DNA of 64,000 bases from an uncultured Atribacterota bacterium (GCA_964433555.1 CAYSRG010000003.1:9802-73801), one strand, 5' to 3'. Shown: positions 26,623 to 37,577, numbered from the stretch's first letter. The notes: a model not told the origin generated them from the sequence alone. Program-made: numbers and translations.

Positions 26623-29220
26623 TTAACTCTTTATCTGAAATACTATCTCTTTGTTCTTCTCCTCAAATTCAACCTGAACCTTGTCTTTTTCTTTAATCTT
26701 TCCTTCCAGAATTTTTAAAGCCAGTGGGTCCTGAAGGTGTCTTTGTATAGTTCTTTTTAAAGGTCTGGCACCAAACTGGGCATCAAATCCTCGTTCTGAC
26801 AGTATTTCTTTTACCCTGGTACTTACTATTAATTCAATCTCCTTCTCCTGTAAGCGCTTTCTTAAAATATCTAGCTGAATATCAACAATCTGTATAATAT
26901 GCTCTTTCTCCAGGCGGTTAAAAGTTATAATTTCATCTACTCTGTTTAAAAATTCCGGTTTGAAATGGTCCCTTAATGCCTGATCAATCTGTCTGGTCAT
27001 CTCCTCTCTATTAGCTGAGTTAAGTTGATAAATATAATGACTACCAATATTGGAAGTCATAATTAGGATTGTGTTTTTAAAATTCACCACTCTACCCTGA
27101 CCATCAGTCAATCTTCCATCATCCATTATCTGTAATAATATATTAAATACATCATGATGAGCTTTCTCAATTTCATCAAAAAGTATTACTGCATAAGGTC
27201 TCCGTCTTACAATTTCAGTTAATTGACCACCTTCTTCATAACCGACATAACCAGGGGGAGCTCCAATTAACCTGGCTACACTATGCTTTTCCATGTATTC
27301 AGACATATCTATTCTTACCAGAGCGTTTTCATCATTGAATAAAAAAGCGGCTAAACTGCGAGCCAATTCAGTCTTGCCAACACCGGTAGGACCCATAAAT
27401 ATAAAAGAACCTATGGGTCTATTGGGATCTGAAATACCAACCCTGGAACGTCGTATAGCATTGGCAACTAGACTTACTGCTTCATCCTGTCCTACAACTC
27501 TCTTCTTCAATTCCTGTTCCATGCGAATTAACTTTTCAGTCTCACCTTCCATTAAACGTCCCACAGGAATATTAGTCCATTTAGCCACGATCTGGGTAAT
27601 ATCTTCTTCTGTTATTTCCTCTTTTAACATTCGGGAATTCTTCTGTAAGGATGCAATTTTTTTATTATTTTCTTCCAGTTGCTTCTCTAACTCTGGCATT
27701 TTACCATACTTTATTTCAGCTAATCGATTGAGGTCACCATTTCTTTCTGCCTGTTCAGCTTCTGTTCTAGCTCTTTCAATCTCACCTTTAGTTTGATTAA
27801 TCTTCTGAATTATCTCTTTTTCATGACTCCATCTTAACATTAAACTATTTTTTTCCTCTCCCAGATTGCTTAGAGCATGATCGATATTTTTCATTTTTTC
27901 TCGGGCGATAGCATCATTATCCTTTTTTAAAGCTTGCTTTTCAATCTGGAGTTGCATTATCTTTCTTTGAATCTCATCTATCTCAACTGGCATACTGTCA
28001 ATTTCCATCCGCAGCCCTGAAGCCGCTTCATCAATTAAATCAATTGCCTTATCCGGTAAAAAACGATCAGTAATATAACGATGAGAAAGCGTAGCAGCAG
28101 CAATCAAGGCAGAATCCATAATCTTTACACCATGATGTACTTCATAACGTTCTTTCAAGCCTCTTAAAATGGCAATAGTATCCTCAACAGTAGGTTCTTT
28201 TACCAGCACCATCTGGAATCTTCTCTCTAAAGCTGCATCCTTCTCAATATATTTTCTATACTCTTTTAAAGTTGTAGCACCAATACAATGCAATTCTCCT
28301 CTGGCCAGAGCTGGTTTTAACATATTTGAAGCATCTACTGCCCCTTCTGCAGCACCTGCCCCAACTAAGGTGTGTATCTCATCAATAAATAGAATAATAG
28401 AGCCAGCAGCCTGTTCTACCTCTTTCAATACTGCCTTTAATCGATCTTCAAACTCTCCTCTGAATTTTGCTCCTGCTATCATTGCGCTTATATCCAAAGC
28501 AATAACTCTCTTCTCTTTAATTCCCTCAGGAACATCACCACTTACTATCCTACGTGCCAATCCTTCTACAATGGCTGTTTTGCCAACTCCTGGCTCGCCT
28601 ATTAACACTGGATTATTCTTTGTTCTGCGTGATAAGATCTGCATGACTCGTCTGATTTCGTCATCCCTACCTATTACCGGGTCCAGCTTACCTTCCCTGG
28701 CCAATTGCGTCAAATCTCGAGAATATTTTTCTAAAGCCTGATATTTTTCTTCTGGATTCTGATCAGTTATTCTTTGATTGCCTCTTATATTCATCAGTGC
28801 TCGATAAACATTATTCCGATTTATTCCCCTTTCTCTAAAATACTTAGCAAAAGAGCTATCCTCTAACTCAATTAACGATAGCAGAAGATGTTCAGTGCTG
28901 ATATATTCATCCTTCAATTTAGCGGCTTCCTGAGTGGCTTTATTAAAAACTGTATTTAACTCATTTCCAATATATTGGCCACTTGCTCCTCCCTGTACGC
29001 TGGGAAGCTGTTCCAATCTTCTTTCTAAAAATGTTTCTAAATCAGTTATGTCCATTTCTAATTTGGCCAAGACTGAGGGAATGATACCGTCTCTCTGTCT
29101 GATTAATGCCAGCAGCAGGTGTTCGCTTTTTATTTCTTGATGGTTATACTGTAAGGCTAATTGCTGCGCCTGACCAATTGACTCTTGAGCTTTAATGGTA
29201 AATCTGTCAAATTGCATCAC
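26623..29220 (-). CDS. clpB: ClpB disaggregase (Hsp100, two AAA+ modules plus a middle coiled-coil domain)
   Basis: 865 aa. Clp N-domain, two Walker A motifs ([15 protein letters not shown] and [15 protein letters not shown]), and an M-domain coiled coil between them. Confidence 0.95.
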   Translation of the reverse strand: MMQFDRFTIKAQESIGQAQQLALQYNHQEIKSEHLLLALIRQRDGIIPSVLAKLEMDITDLETFLERRLEQLPSVQGGASGQYIGNELNTVFNKATQEAAKLKDEYISTEHLLLSLIELEDSSFAKYFRERGINRNNVYRALMNIRGNQRITDQNPEEKYQALEKYSRDLTQLAREGKLDPVIGRDDEIRRVMQILSRRTKNNPVLIGEPGVGKTAIVEGLARRIVSGDVPEGIKEKRVIALDISAMIAGAKFRGEFEDRLKAVLKEVEQAAGSIILFIDEIHTLVGAGAAEGAVDASNMLKPALARGELHCIGATTLKEYRKYIEKDAALERRFQMVLVKEPTVEDTIAILRGLKERYEVHHGVKIMDSALIAAATLSHRYITDRFLPDKAIDLIDEAASGLRMEIDSMPVEIDEIQRKIMQLQIEKQALKKDNDAIAREKMKNIDHALSNLGEEKNSLMLRWSHEKEIIQKINQTKGEIERARTEAEQAERNGDLNRLAEIKYGKMPELEKQLEENNKKIASLQKNSRMLKEEITEEDITQIVAKWTNIPVGRLMEGETEKLIRMEQELKKRVVGQDEAVSLVANAIRRSRVGISDPNRPIGSFIFMGPTGVGKTELARSLAAFLFNDENALVRIDMSEYMEKHSVARLIGAPPGYVGYEEGGQLTEIVRRRPYAVILFDEIEKAHHDVFNILLQIMDDGRLTDGQGRVVNFKNTILIMTSNIGSHYIYQLNSANREEMTRQIDQALRDHFKPEFLNRVDEIITFNRLEKEHIIQIVDIQLDILRKRLQEKEIELIVSTRVKEILSERGFDAQFGARPLKRTIQRHLQDPLALKILEGKIKEKDKVQVEFEEKNKEIVFQIKS

Positions 29221-29767
29221 GGTTTCTCTCCTTTCTATGTTTTATTTCCCACATCATAATTATACTGCTACTGTCAAATATCCAATTATCGTAATAATAA
29301 CGAATAGTGGCTTATTTAAAAAGTTATTGTTTTCAGATTATTCAAAGTGAATTCTTCCTCTGAAGAACTCGGGTATTCTTATAGTACAAGTATCTGGCAT
29401 TCAGTGTACCATTAATTTAATCGTTAGTTTATGTTGCTTAGGGAGCATTGTATTATTGGGTATGAACTAATTATTAATAACCTATTTCCCGTTCTTGTCA
29501 CCATAAACTTTTTCAGAAGAAATAGGTATATTATTGAAATATTTATGGTAAAAGAATACAAAATAGATTTTCTTGGAAAGGTATCCTCTTTGAGATTATC
29601 AGGGTATTTGCTCCCCTGATAATCTTGCAGTAACTGTAACTTGCTAATTCTTATATTACTAAATAATTTGAAACGAAAAACAAAGATGAAAGGATATTAT
29701 AAAAAATAGGTAGTAAATGGTAAAGTAACATTATACCAACATAGAAGGCAACTATAACAAAACCATT

Positions 29768-30478
29768 TTATTCTCCCAGACTTATTTGCTTATTCTGGCT
29801 AGTTAATAAATCAGTCGTTAATCTGGCAGCACAATGTTCTTGTAACAGATTTGATAGTTCATCTCGCGCCTCGATTACCACCGAAGACGGGATACCATCA
29901 ATTCCATCAATATTGATAACCATCTCTTTTGTATCATTGGCTATTTTAGAGAATTCTGCATTTCTCCAATTCCATCTTCTACACATAACCTGCTTGCTTT
30001 TATCATCATAATAAATTACCTCTCCTCTGGTTGGATGCTCCAATTCCTTACTACCTAAACCAGTAAAGAGCTCCTCTCCTGTAGCAAAATCCAGGCAAAG
30101 ATTACCGTTAATTTTTTTTATATCATCTCCACCACAGGGAACAAGATGCTTAATAGAAATGTAATTAAAGAGAGTGACTACAGAATTGATAAAAGGTAAA
30201 CCACCACCTGCCATTATTCTGGTCAATAAAGATTTAATAGAAGGTGGATATTGCTCGGGATCTGAACCAAATCTGATATGAGCCTCATCCCATGCTTTGA
30301 GATAAGGATGGTTAACGAAATTATTACCTTCAACTTTTCGCTGTTCAATGATCTTATTTAATGGCTTTTTTATTCTTTTATTTTTTTCAATAACCTGTAT
30401 GTCTTTGACTAAGATAATACCACGTATAAACCGGGGAAACCTGTCAAAAATAACCGGGCTTATAATAACCTTCTTCAT
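29768..30478 (-). CDS. B3/B4 tRNA-binding domain protein (PheT B3/4-like, stand-alone)
   Basis: 236 aa. Central GGLPFINSVV..VPCGGDD resembles the B3_4 domain of PheRS beta. Family assignment only. Confidence 0.5.
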   Translation of the reverse strand: MKKVIISPVIFDRFPRFIRGIILVKDIQVIEKNKRIKKPLNKIIEQRKVEGNNFVNHPYLKAWDEAHIRFGSDPEQYPPSIKSLLTRIMAGGGLPFINSVVTLFNYISIKHLVPCGGDDIKKINGNLCLDFATGEELFTGLGSKELEHPTRGEVIYYDDKSKQVMCRRWNWRNAEFSKIANDTKEMVINIDGIDGIPSSVVIEARDELSNLLQEHCAARLTTDLLTSQNKQISLGE

Positions 30479-30525
30479 TATAATATTTAGCCTACCTCCA
30501 AAATCCTAATATAATTTATCAATTG

Positions 30526-30560
30526 TTATAAAAATCTTCCTGTCATCAAACAGGAAGATT
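30526..30560 (-). terminator. intrinsic terminator downstream of the DUF151 nuclease gene
   Basis: Perfect 11-bp stem AATCTTCCTGT/ACAGGAAGATT (30533-30560). On the minus strand it is followed by TTTTTAT. Confidence 0.7.
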
Positions 30561-30627
30561 ACAAATCACCTGATAATTTATTGTTACAAACAACATCATT
30601 TTTAATTAAAATATTTTTTGCTAATAA

Positions 30628-31182
30628 TTAATTAGGTTTCAATGGTGGAATATTGCTTATTTTTTCCAAGCGTTTAATTTCATCTCTTATCTGAGCAGCT
30701 TTCTCATAATTTTCTCTATCTACTTCAATTTGTAGTTCATTTTTTAGTTGGGCTAAACGCACAGCAATCTCTTCTTCTTTGGAAGAATGAACAATAGAAG
30801 CCTTTTTCATAACCTCATCGGCAATAAATATTGGCGATTCTAACCTTAAGGCTACTGCAATAGCATCACTTGGCCGAGAGTCAATTAACAACTGTTTTTC
30901 TCCCTTTCTTAGCCATATGGTAGCATAGTAAGTATTATCTCTTATATCAGAAATAACAATTTTCTCTATAAATAATTCGGCAGATTCAATAATGTTTTTA
31001 ATTAGATCGGGAGAAAAGGGTCTATTAGGTTTTGTTTTTTCTAAGACCAAAGAAATCATTTTGGCTTCATAAGGTCCAATCCATATAGGTAACCACTTCT
31101 TTTCGTCTTGGTCTTTTAAAATAACAACAAACCCCTTAGTTACCGGATCAATAGCTACCCCAAAAACCTTCACCTGAATCAT
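30628..31182 (-). CDS. bifunctional nuclease (DUF151/BFN) with a C-terminal UVR domain
   Basis: WLPIWIGPYEA..IDSRPSDAIAVALR (DUF151 core). The C-terminal NYEKAAQIRDEIKRLE is a UvrB/UvrC-type UVR motif. Confidence 0.7.
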   Translation of the reverse strand: MIQVKVFGVAIDPVTKGFVVILKDQDEKKWLPIWIGPYEAKMISLVLEKTKPNRPFSPDLIKNIIESAELFIEKIVISDIRDNTYYATIWLRKGEKQLLIDSRPSDAIAVALRLESPIFIADEVMKKASIVHSSKEEEIAVRLAQLKNELQIEVDRENYEKAAQIRDEIKRLEKISNIPPLKPN

Positions 31183-31800
31183 GCCCTTCTCCTCCTTTCT
31201 TCATAAGTAACTTGTACAAAAGATATTAAAAATTATTGTCATAATTATTATAACATATTATCTTTGGAATAAAAAAACGATATTTCGGTATTAAGAATTT
31301 TCCATGAAGAATAGTAAAATAGATATTATAGGAATTAGATATATATGAGATCCTGGCTAAGAAAAAGTTTTTTAGATTTTTCGATAGCAGCCTTATGAAT
31401 AATTTAAATAATTCAACTTTTGAATTACAATAAATCTTTTTCTAGAAAGTTAATGATTTATATTACTTAGGCTGTTTCCTTATTTTCATTTGCTATTATA
31501 TAAAATTAACCTGAGTTAATATTCCTGCATGTAAATAAATATACTGCTTCCAATAATTATCAGTAAACTAATGGTTGTTAACAAGTATAGCATGGCTCTA
31601 AGATAGGTAATTTCCAAAATTACAGCAAAGGCAATCTGGGTATAATTGTATGATATTATCATAATTACCTATGCAAATAGACAAGCTAATGTTGTAGCAA
31701 TTTGGGAAACAATATCCGTAAGTACTAAAATTAACAGGAGAATTAAATCCCAAAGACCGGGTATTGCCAAATTACCCCACCATAATAGAAAAAGAATTCA

Positions 31801-32916
31801 TTACCTATTAATATTTAAAAATTTTTTTATAACCGTTACTAATTTGGGGCTTTCTTCTCCCATAATATTTGTTACGGGAAGAGCTAATCTATTTCTCATT
31901 TTCTGATATAACTGGTATCCATCTATCCAAGCCATTTCATAACTGTCTTTTCCAAATCTGCTATATTTTGGATAAAAGGGATTAATGGTAACTGCTAAAA
32001 TTGGTAAATTATAAAGTGTCTTGATGTTGATTCCCTTGTTTAATATATCCTCAATTATATCCATAAGATGGTTAATATCTCTGGTACCGACTAAAAGAAA
32101 AGTAGGATTATTAATAAGGATTGTCTTTCCTTTAAACAATTCAGAGTATTGCTCAGCTATTTTTTTTAATATATTATCCTGAACAATACCTGGAATATAT
32201 ATTTCTTCTGTTTCTTTTTCATCAATACTATCAATTAAATTGTTAAGTATTTTTTGACTAATCAAAGAATGGCTTTTCAGCTGTCTTTTATATCCATTTT
32301 TCTGGAAAATGACAATATTATTGTTATGATGCTGCATTATTTCTTGATTAGAAATCTTTTGTTTCTCCCTCAGGGGTATATTAAATGCTCTTATTATACT
32401 TTCTGTTTCATCTACAAGTAAATCAATATCAGTGTGACGAGAGGCTCCGGTTGCCAAAATTAATGCATCACAATGAATTAATGGTATCATTCGGTTTAAT
32501 GCGCCGTCAACCAGAATAAGTTGGCTTTTTTCTTTCTTCAATTTTTGCAGAATGTAAAAAAGATCTTTACCTTTATTTGGACCTGCTAATATAACTAATC
32601 CCTCTTGCAATACTTTGCCTATTAGCACTTGTCCCAGGGATGTTGTAACTGGTGTTTTTTCAACTATTTCAATTTTCCCCTTAGAGACAGAAAAGCATTG
32701 TTCAGCAGTTCCTACCAGGTTCCCTTTTTTAACATGAATACGGGGTTTGGGTAATCCGGTAATACTATCTATATCCTCTCCATCATAACCAATGCTGGTT
32801 AAACCTACTTTAATTCCTTCTTTATTTGACCATTCTAATAAATAGTTCGCAGTTGTGGTTTTTCCAGTATTTTTAGCTGTGCCCAGTATTCCAATTACTT
32901 TACTATTAATCTCCAT
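31801..32916 (-). CDS. SIMIBI-class P-loop ATPase with BioD/CbiA/DUF1611-like Walker A spacing, function unknown
   Basis: GILGTAKNTGKTTTANYL (GT-x4-GKT, as in dethiobiotin synthetase/CbiA-type proteins). 371 aa. Last gene of a four-gene minus-strand operon. Confidence 0.5.
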   Translation of the reverse strand: MEINSKVIGILGTAKNTGKTTTANYLLEWSNKEGIKVGLTSIGYDGEDIDSITGLPKPRIHVKKGNLVGTAEQCFSVSKGKIEIVEKTPVTTSLGQVLIGKVLQEGLVILAGPNKGKDLFYILQKLKKEKSQLILVDGALNRMIPLIHCDALILATGASRHTDIDLLVDETESIIRAFNIPLREKQKISNQEIMQHHNNNIVIFQKNGYKRQLKSHSLISQKILNNLIDSIDEKETEEIYIPGIVQDNILKKIAEQYSELFKGKTILINNPTFLLVGTRDINHLMDIIEDILNKGINIKTLYNLPILAVTINPFYPKYSRFGKDSYEMAWIDGYQLYQKMRNRLALPVTNIMGEESPKLVTVIKKFLNINR

Positions 32917-32927
32917 ATACTATTTCT

Positions 32928-34778
32928 CTATTCTTCAATTAAGGTATTTCTTCCAGCACGACCAGGGTAAGCTCCATCCTGAGGGCTACCCAACAATCCT
33001 TCATAAAGAGCATTAATAAAACTGCCTCTTTTAGCAACTTTTTCGAGGGTTGCTTGTATTCCTTTTGTAATCTCCTTCTCAAATTCTTTTGCTTTACTGG
33101 TCGGTTTTATTTTTGCTTTTCCTAAGAAACGAAATACCTCCTGTACAGCTCTTAAAGTATCGATCCTGGAAGAGAGAGAAATTGGCCCTCTAGAATAGGC
33201 TTCATCAGCAGAAGCTATGGTAATGGCATTCACCTTGAGAGAAATAGCGAGAGTAGCATGCAAAGCAGTAGTTAAAGAAGATTGTATTCTATCCTCAGAA
33301 TGAGTCATAAAACCAATTGGTTCCCCAGGCCAGATTGGTGCATCGATAATGGAACGTAAACTGTTAATCTTAGCCACATTATAGTCAATATAATTATCAT
33401 CCATTTTACCAGTAATCATAACATCAGGTGAATAACAAAAGAGGGGTTTTAATATTGGCTGAGCCTTTAATTTCAAAGCTAAATCAGCAATAATTAATAA
33501 ACCGGCAAATGATTTATATGCTGGAACACCCCCTAACTCTTCATTGGTCGGCTCATCAAAAGGCATATTATATTTTGCCGCATATTTTATTGCTTCAAGA
33601 CCATCAATAGTTAATCTTGCGGGATCAGTGCCACCATTTAATGAACCATATACTATATGAATTTTGGTTAAATCTGCACCTAATTTGCCAGCTATGACAG
33701 CTGTTTCTGGTGTATTTAATCCACGATGTGCCCTAACTGTCCAAATTGTTTCTTTATGAAGTGAAGATTTTATTTTTGCTAAATTTTCCCAGGTTATAAT
33801 GGAACCATCCTCTTCGTGAGATAGTACTCCTTCCAATAGTCCTTCGGTACGTGCACCCCATGAAGGATCAAAATGAAATACTCCATCTGCTCCCCAGGCT
33901 TCACTAGTTTTAATATGAGCAATATCCATAATAGGACAACCAGTACCATACTGTACAAATACCAGAGGTAAAGACTGCGTATGCCTCATTTTTTTAAAAT
34001 TAGTGTTTTCTTTTTGTTTTTGTATATAAACATCAAGCTTGTTTATTTCTTCTGCAGATAATAATCGAACTTTATCAGGCAATAATCCCTGTTGATAGAA
34101 CCGACTAATTTTATCATCACAATAAGAGAGATATTTTTCTTTTAAAACTTTTATTTTCCGAGCTTTATCCTCATCAGTAAGGGCATCGTCTTTATAAACA
34201 TTGATTATTTTTTCCCTTAATTTTGCTCTTTCAATTCCAGGGCTGCTTTTCCTCTGACTCCATTGAATAATTTCATCTGTTATTTCATTTAGTAGGTTCT
34301 TGATTCTGTTGTTCTTATATTGATAAGCATGACTGGCAGGAATGGATATCTTTTTTCTGAATAACTTTTCCTTTTCTCTTTGAAACTCTCTATCCTCAAT
34401 ATAAGCTATTATCTCTTCAAAATCTGTCCCTGCCCCAAATCCTTTATCAAAACCTAATTCGGAAGCTAATTGCGGAGTGATTGCCTTTCCTCCTAACACT
34501 ACTTTTGCTCTATCTCTGATCTTAGCAGCTTCTGCCATATCAATAAATTTACCTAATAATTCTGCAACGCTATAACCCAGTGTTCTGCTAACCAAAACAT
34601 AATTAGCATCAACATCACTTGCCCGACCAATAATTTCTTCTAAAGGCAAATCAGGGGGCAATAAAACAGTGTGGTGGCCTCTTTCTTGTAATTTTCTATT
34701 TAAAATCTTTAAAGCTACATCATGAACTGGATCCAGTGGAATTAGTAATATTTTTCTTTTCTTAATACTATTATTCAT
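32928..34778 (-). CDS. fusion of an N-terminal cobalamin-binding-like Rossmann domain with a ~480-aa domain of unknown type (candidate B12-dependent isomerase or corrinoid enzyme)
   Basis: N-terminal ILLIPLDPVHDVALK...SRTLGY...VVLGGKA fits the B12-binding triad (DxHxxG / SxL / GG) with His conserved but the flanking residues deviant (PVHDVA). The rest has no Cys cluster, so it is not radical SAM. Confidence 0.45.
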   Translation of the reverse strand: MNNSIKKRKILLIPLDPVHDVALKILNRKLQERGHHTVLLPPDLPLEEIIGRASDVDANYVLVSRTLGYSVAELLGKFIDMAEAAKIRDRAKVVLGGKAITPQLASELGFDKGFGAGTDFEEIIAYIEDREFQREKEKLFRKKISIPASHAYQYKNNRIKNLLNEITDEIIQWSQRKSSPGIERAKLREKIINVYKDDALTDEDKARKIKVLKEKYLSYCDDKISRFYQQGLLPDKVRLLSAEEINKLDVYIQKQKENTNFKKMRHTQSLPLVFVQYGTGCPIMDIAHIKTSEAWGADGVFHFDPSWGARTEGLLEGVLSHEEDGSIITWENLAKIKSSLHKETIWTVRAHRGLNTPETAVIAGKLGADLTKIHIVYGSLNGGTDPARLTIDGLEAIKYAAKYNMPFDEPTNEELGGVPAYKSFAGLLIIADLALKLKAQPILKPLFCYSPDVMITGKMDDNYIDYNVAKINSLRSIIDAPIWPGEPIGFMTHSEDRIQSSLTTALHATLAISLKVNAITIASADEAYSRGPISLSSRIDTLRAVQEVFRFLGKAKIKPTSKAKEFEKEITKGIQATLEKVAKRGSFINALYEGLLGSPQDGAYPGRAGRNTLIEE

Positions 34779-34804
34779 TCCTAATTATGCTCTTATACTC
34801 TCAT

Positions 34805-35044
34805 TTATTTATACAAATTTAACCATCCGTAAGTATCTCCGGGCTTATAGATATTAGCTCTTATTCTGATACGAACTCCGGAACCTAAAAATTCAATAAA
34901 CACTATATCTATATCTCTGAATCCCAATTTCTCCATTATTGACAGTCCTATTCTTTTTCCTTCTTCTTCGCTTTGGCAGGCAATAAAGGTTTCAATATCA
35001 AGTGAGTCAATGATTTGACTTAAAATCAACTTATTTTTTTTCAC
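34805..35044 (-). CDS. small 79-aa protein, conserved position between the FAD and B12-like genes
   Basis: An ORF with a tight intergenic fit (26 nt to the next gene). No recognisable motif. Confidence 0.35.
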   Translation of the reverse strand: MKKNKLILSQIIDSLDIETFIACQSEEEGKRIGLSIMEKLGFRDIDIVFIEFLGSGVRIRIRANIYKPGDTYGWLNLYK

Positions 35045-35085
35045 TGCATTCTACTCCCTTATAAACAAGTCTAAAGCCAATCAAT

Positions 35086-36378
35086 CTACAATTTTTTTGT
35101 GAAGATTCCCGTCAATTGAGTTTCTTTAACCCTTTGTTTGATTTCGTCACGATTAATACTATATAAGCCTTTTTCTTTCATTTGATCAAAATATACAGAC
35201 CCGGAAAAGGTATACTTATACATACGTCCTTCTGGATATTTCATTTTCTTCACAGTACTATTAATAAAATCACCAAGAGCCAGGGAATCAGGAAGCTGTA
35301 ATAATGGCTTCCCCAGGTAACTGGAAACAGCATTATAGGCAGCCAGAGAACCAGTTACAATGGCTTCAGTATGACCGACCATCGCGCCGGCTTTTTCTCC
35401 TGCACAAAACAGGTTGTCAACATTTCCTTGAGTCTTTAAAGTTTCCGTACAATCAGCAAATCCAAAATAACGCATTGAGTTACCGATTCCCCCGGCAAGA
35501 GGATCTTCAAAACGAGCTTTCTCCATACCAGGAATTTTTCTCAATTCTGAAAGCGGGAAAAAGGGAGTCATCAACTTCACTGGACCGGTATCCAGTAAAA
35601 CCAGATTATCCAAAAATTCCTTCAGGGCATATTGCTGACAGGCTTTTTGAGTCAATATACTGATATCTTCCCTTAATTCCTCGGGAACTTTTACTAAAGC
35701 TACTCCTTTTTCTTCTAATTCAGCGACTATATCAGGGTTGATAGACTCTTTCCCTAGTTTGCATGAGCCGCTCATTGCACCAAATTTACCATTCGGTTTC
35801 TGACCATTCCACTGCCTGACCCCTGCCTTGCTTAACAAATCAACCCTAGAACCAAAAGAATGGCAGCGCATCATGCACATGGCACAACCATTACCGTATT
35901 TAGCGCAATTTCGGGGTACAGCAGTTGTGCCTGTTGCATCAATAAAAATATCACCATGATATTCTTGATCCTTCTCTTTGGAATAGACAGCCTTGATAGC
36001 CCTACCTTCAATCAATAGATCAGTAATTCTGCAGGAAAGAACTATATCAATTCCCAACTTTTCTAAGTATTCTCTGATAATTGCTTCCATGGTCCATACA
36101 TTATAGAGACTGGCATGTTTGTGTCCCGGGAATTCTATCTTGTGATGAAGGGAATTTTGATCCAGAATCTCGAAAATAGGATTGCCCAACAAAGTCAGCT
36201 CTTCTGTTGCCGTGTAACGCCCATTATTCCTGAAAATGCCTCCAACCAAGCCGGTACCCAAAAGCATATCAGTTCTTTCCAGTAAGTTTACCGAAGCGCC
36301 AAGCTGATGTGCAACGATAGCAGCTGCACAGCCAGCCCATCCACCACCGATAATTACAACTCTACAATTTTTTTTCAT
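35086..36378 (-). CDS. FAD-dependent oxidoreductase with an internal Cys cluster
   Basis: N-terminal dinucleotide-binding VVIIGGGWAGCAAAIVAHQLGASVNLLE, and C-x6-C-x2-C-x3-C (CAKYGNGCAMCMMRC). The N-terminus is GidA/TrmFO-like at the motif level. I could not make a confident family assignment. Confidence 0.5.
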   Translation of the reverse strand: MKKNCRVVIIGGGWAGCAAAIVAHQLGASVNLLERTDMLLGTGLVGGIFRNNGRYTATEELTLLGNPIFEILDQNSLHHKIEFPGHKHASLYNVWTMEAIIREYLEKLGIDIVLSCRITDLLIEGRAIKAVYSKEKDQEYHGDIFIDATGTTAVPRNCAKYGNGCAMCMMRCHSFGSRVDLLSKAGVRQWNGQKPNGKFGAMSGSCKLGKESINPDIVAELEEKGVALVKVPEELREDISILTQKACQQYALKEFLDNLVLLDTGPVKLMTPFFPLSELRKIPGMEKARFEDPLAGGIGNSMRYFGFADCTETLKTQGNVDNLFCAGEKAGAMVGHTEAIVTGSLAAYNAVSSYLGKPLLQLPDSLALGDFINSTVKKMKYPEGRMYKYTFSGSVYFDQMKEKGLYSINRDEIKQRVKETQLTGIFTKKL

Positions 36379-36499
36379 TTACCTAATCCTATTCTCCTTC
36401 TTTTTACAATTTTCTTATCAGTTGAAGTTAGAAAGAATTATGTATTAATTTTTTACTTTTAAATTTAATTTAAATATTAAAAATGGAAGCGTATATTTT

Positions 36500-37462
36500 C
36501 TAAGAGCGTGATATATCGCTCAATGGTTCTGGATGAACAATTGCTTTACAGTGAACTCTTGACTCAATTTCTCTTTCAACTTTTTCTGAAATATTATGAG
36601 CTTCGATCAAACCCATATGACTGCTTAACTGTATATGCAGGGTTATTTCTTTGTGCGATCCGTAATCATGTATCTTTACTTTATGCATAGATACGACCTC
36701 AGGAATAAACCGGACAGAATTTTCGATTTCTTTTACAATATCTTTTTCCGCAGCTTCGCCAATCAACTTAGAAAGAGAGTCTTTTAAAAGAGTGATTCCG
36801 GTATAAATAATCAAAATGGAAATAATGGCACCTAATATGGCATCCACTCGATAATACCCATATTCCGATGAGAGTATTGAAATGACCACTAAAATCATCG
36901 CAAAGCCATCAGTTTTATGATGCCATGCATCGGCAATTAATACCGCAGTCTTGGTCCTCCTACCTAATTGTGCTGAAAATTCTGCCATCCATAATTTGAA
37001 CAATGCTGCCAATACCATGATAGCAACTACAGGATAACTACCCAGGACCAGGGAATTGGTTAGATAGCGGTGATATGAATTGATGGCAAACTCAAAGCCT
37101 ATGATGATGAGTAATACTGAGATAACCAGAGTAGCCAGAAATTCAATGCGACCATGACCAAAGGGATGCTTGTCATCCGCAGGTAAACTGGAAAATTTAA
37201 ATCCAAGCAACACAACTAATGAGGATAACACATCAGAAGCAGTATGGGTAGCATTGGCAAGTAGGGCAATGCTGTTTAAGGATAAACCAAATAAGAACAT
37301 AATCGCTGATAACACCAAGTTGCACATTATACTCAACCAGGCTTCCAAGTAAGCGCATTTCTTCCTCAATTCAGGATCTATAATATTATTTTTTAATACT
37401 TTATTTTCTTTAAAAAAGAGGAGTAAAATATGATTGACTGTTTTATTTAAGAAGTTTTTCAT
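36500..37462 (-). CDS. cation diffusion facilitator (CDF) family metal efflux transporter
   Basis: TM domain with HTASD...H-x3-D metal-site motifs (ANATHTASDVL, ADAWHHKTDGFA) and a C-terminal cytoplasmic domain. Confidence 0.75.
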   Translation of the reverse strand: MKNFLNKTVNHILLLFFKENKVLKNNIIDPELRKKCAYLEAWLSIMCNLVLSAIMFLFGLSLNSIALLANATHTASDVLSSLVVLLGFKFSSLPADDKHPFGHGRIEFLATLVISVLLIIIGFEFAINSYHRYLTNSLVLGSYPVVAIMVLAALFKLWMAEFSAQLGRRTKTAVLIADAWHHKTDGFAMILVVISILSSEYGYYRVDAILGAIISILIIYTGITLLKDSLSKLIGEAAEKDIVKEIENSVRFIPEVVSMHKVKIHDYGSHKEITLHIQLSSHMGLIEAHNISEKVEREIESRVHCKAIVHPEPLSDISRS

Positions 37463-37577
37463 TGATTACCTCTTTATTCACCTATTAGTCTATATAGATA
37501 ATTTGTCTGACTAAGCAGAAGGTTAGAAATGGTTTTGGTAATTGTAATTTGAATTAAAAATTATGATTAATAAAAAC

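Noticed and set aside
27293-28741. Plus-strand ORFs of 167 and 190 aa inside clpB
   Set aside because: They are antisense to a conserved 865-aa ClpB and have no motifs.
29270-29285. GTCAAA half-site upstream of clpB as a possible CtsR box
   Set aside because: Only a single heptad is present. The direct-repeat second half required for a CtsR operator is absent, and no CIRCE element was seen either.
31235-31250. ATAACATATTATC upstream of the UVR-domain nuclease as a LexA box
   Set aside because: Only the left half matches. The right half has two mismatches to GTTT/GTTC.
31646-31906. 86-aa plus-strand ORF overlapping the 3' end of the P-loop ATPase gene
   Set aside because: It has no RBS or motif, overlaps a better-supported gene, and has an AT-rich hydrophobic translation.
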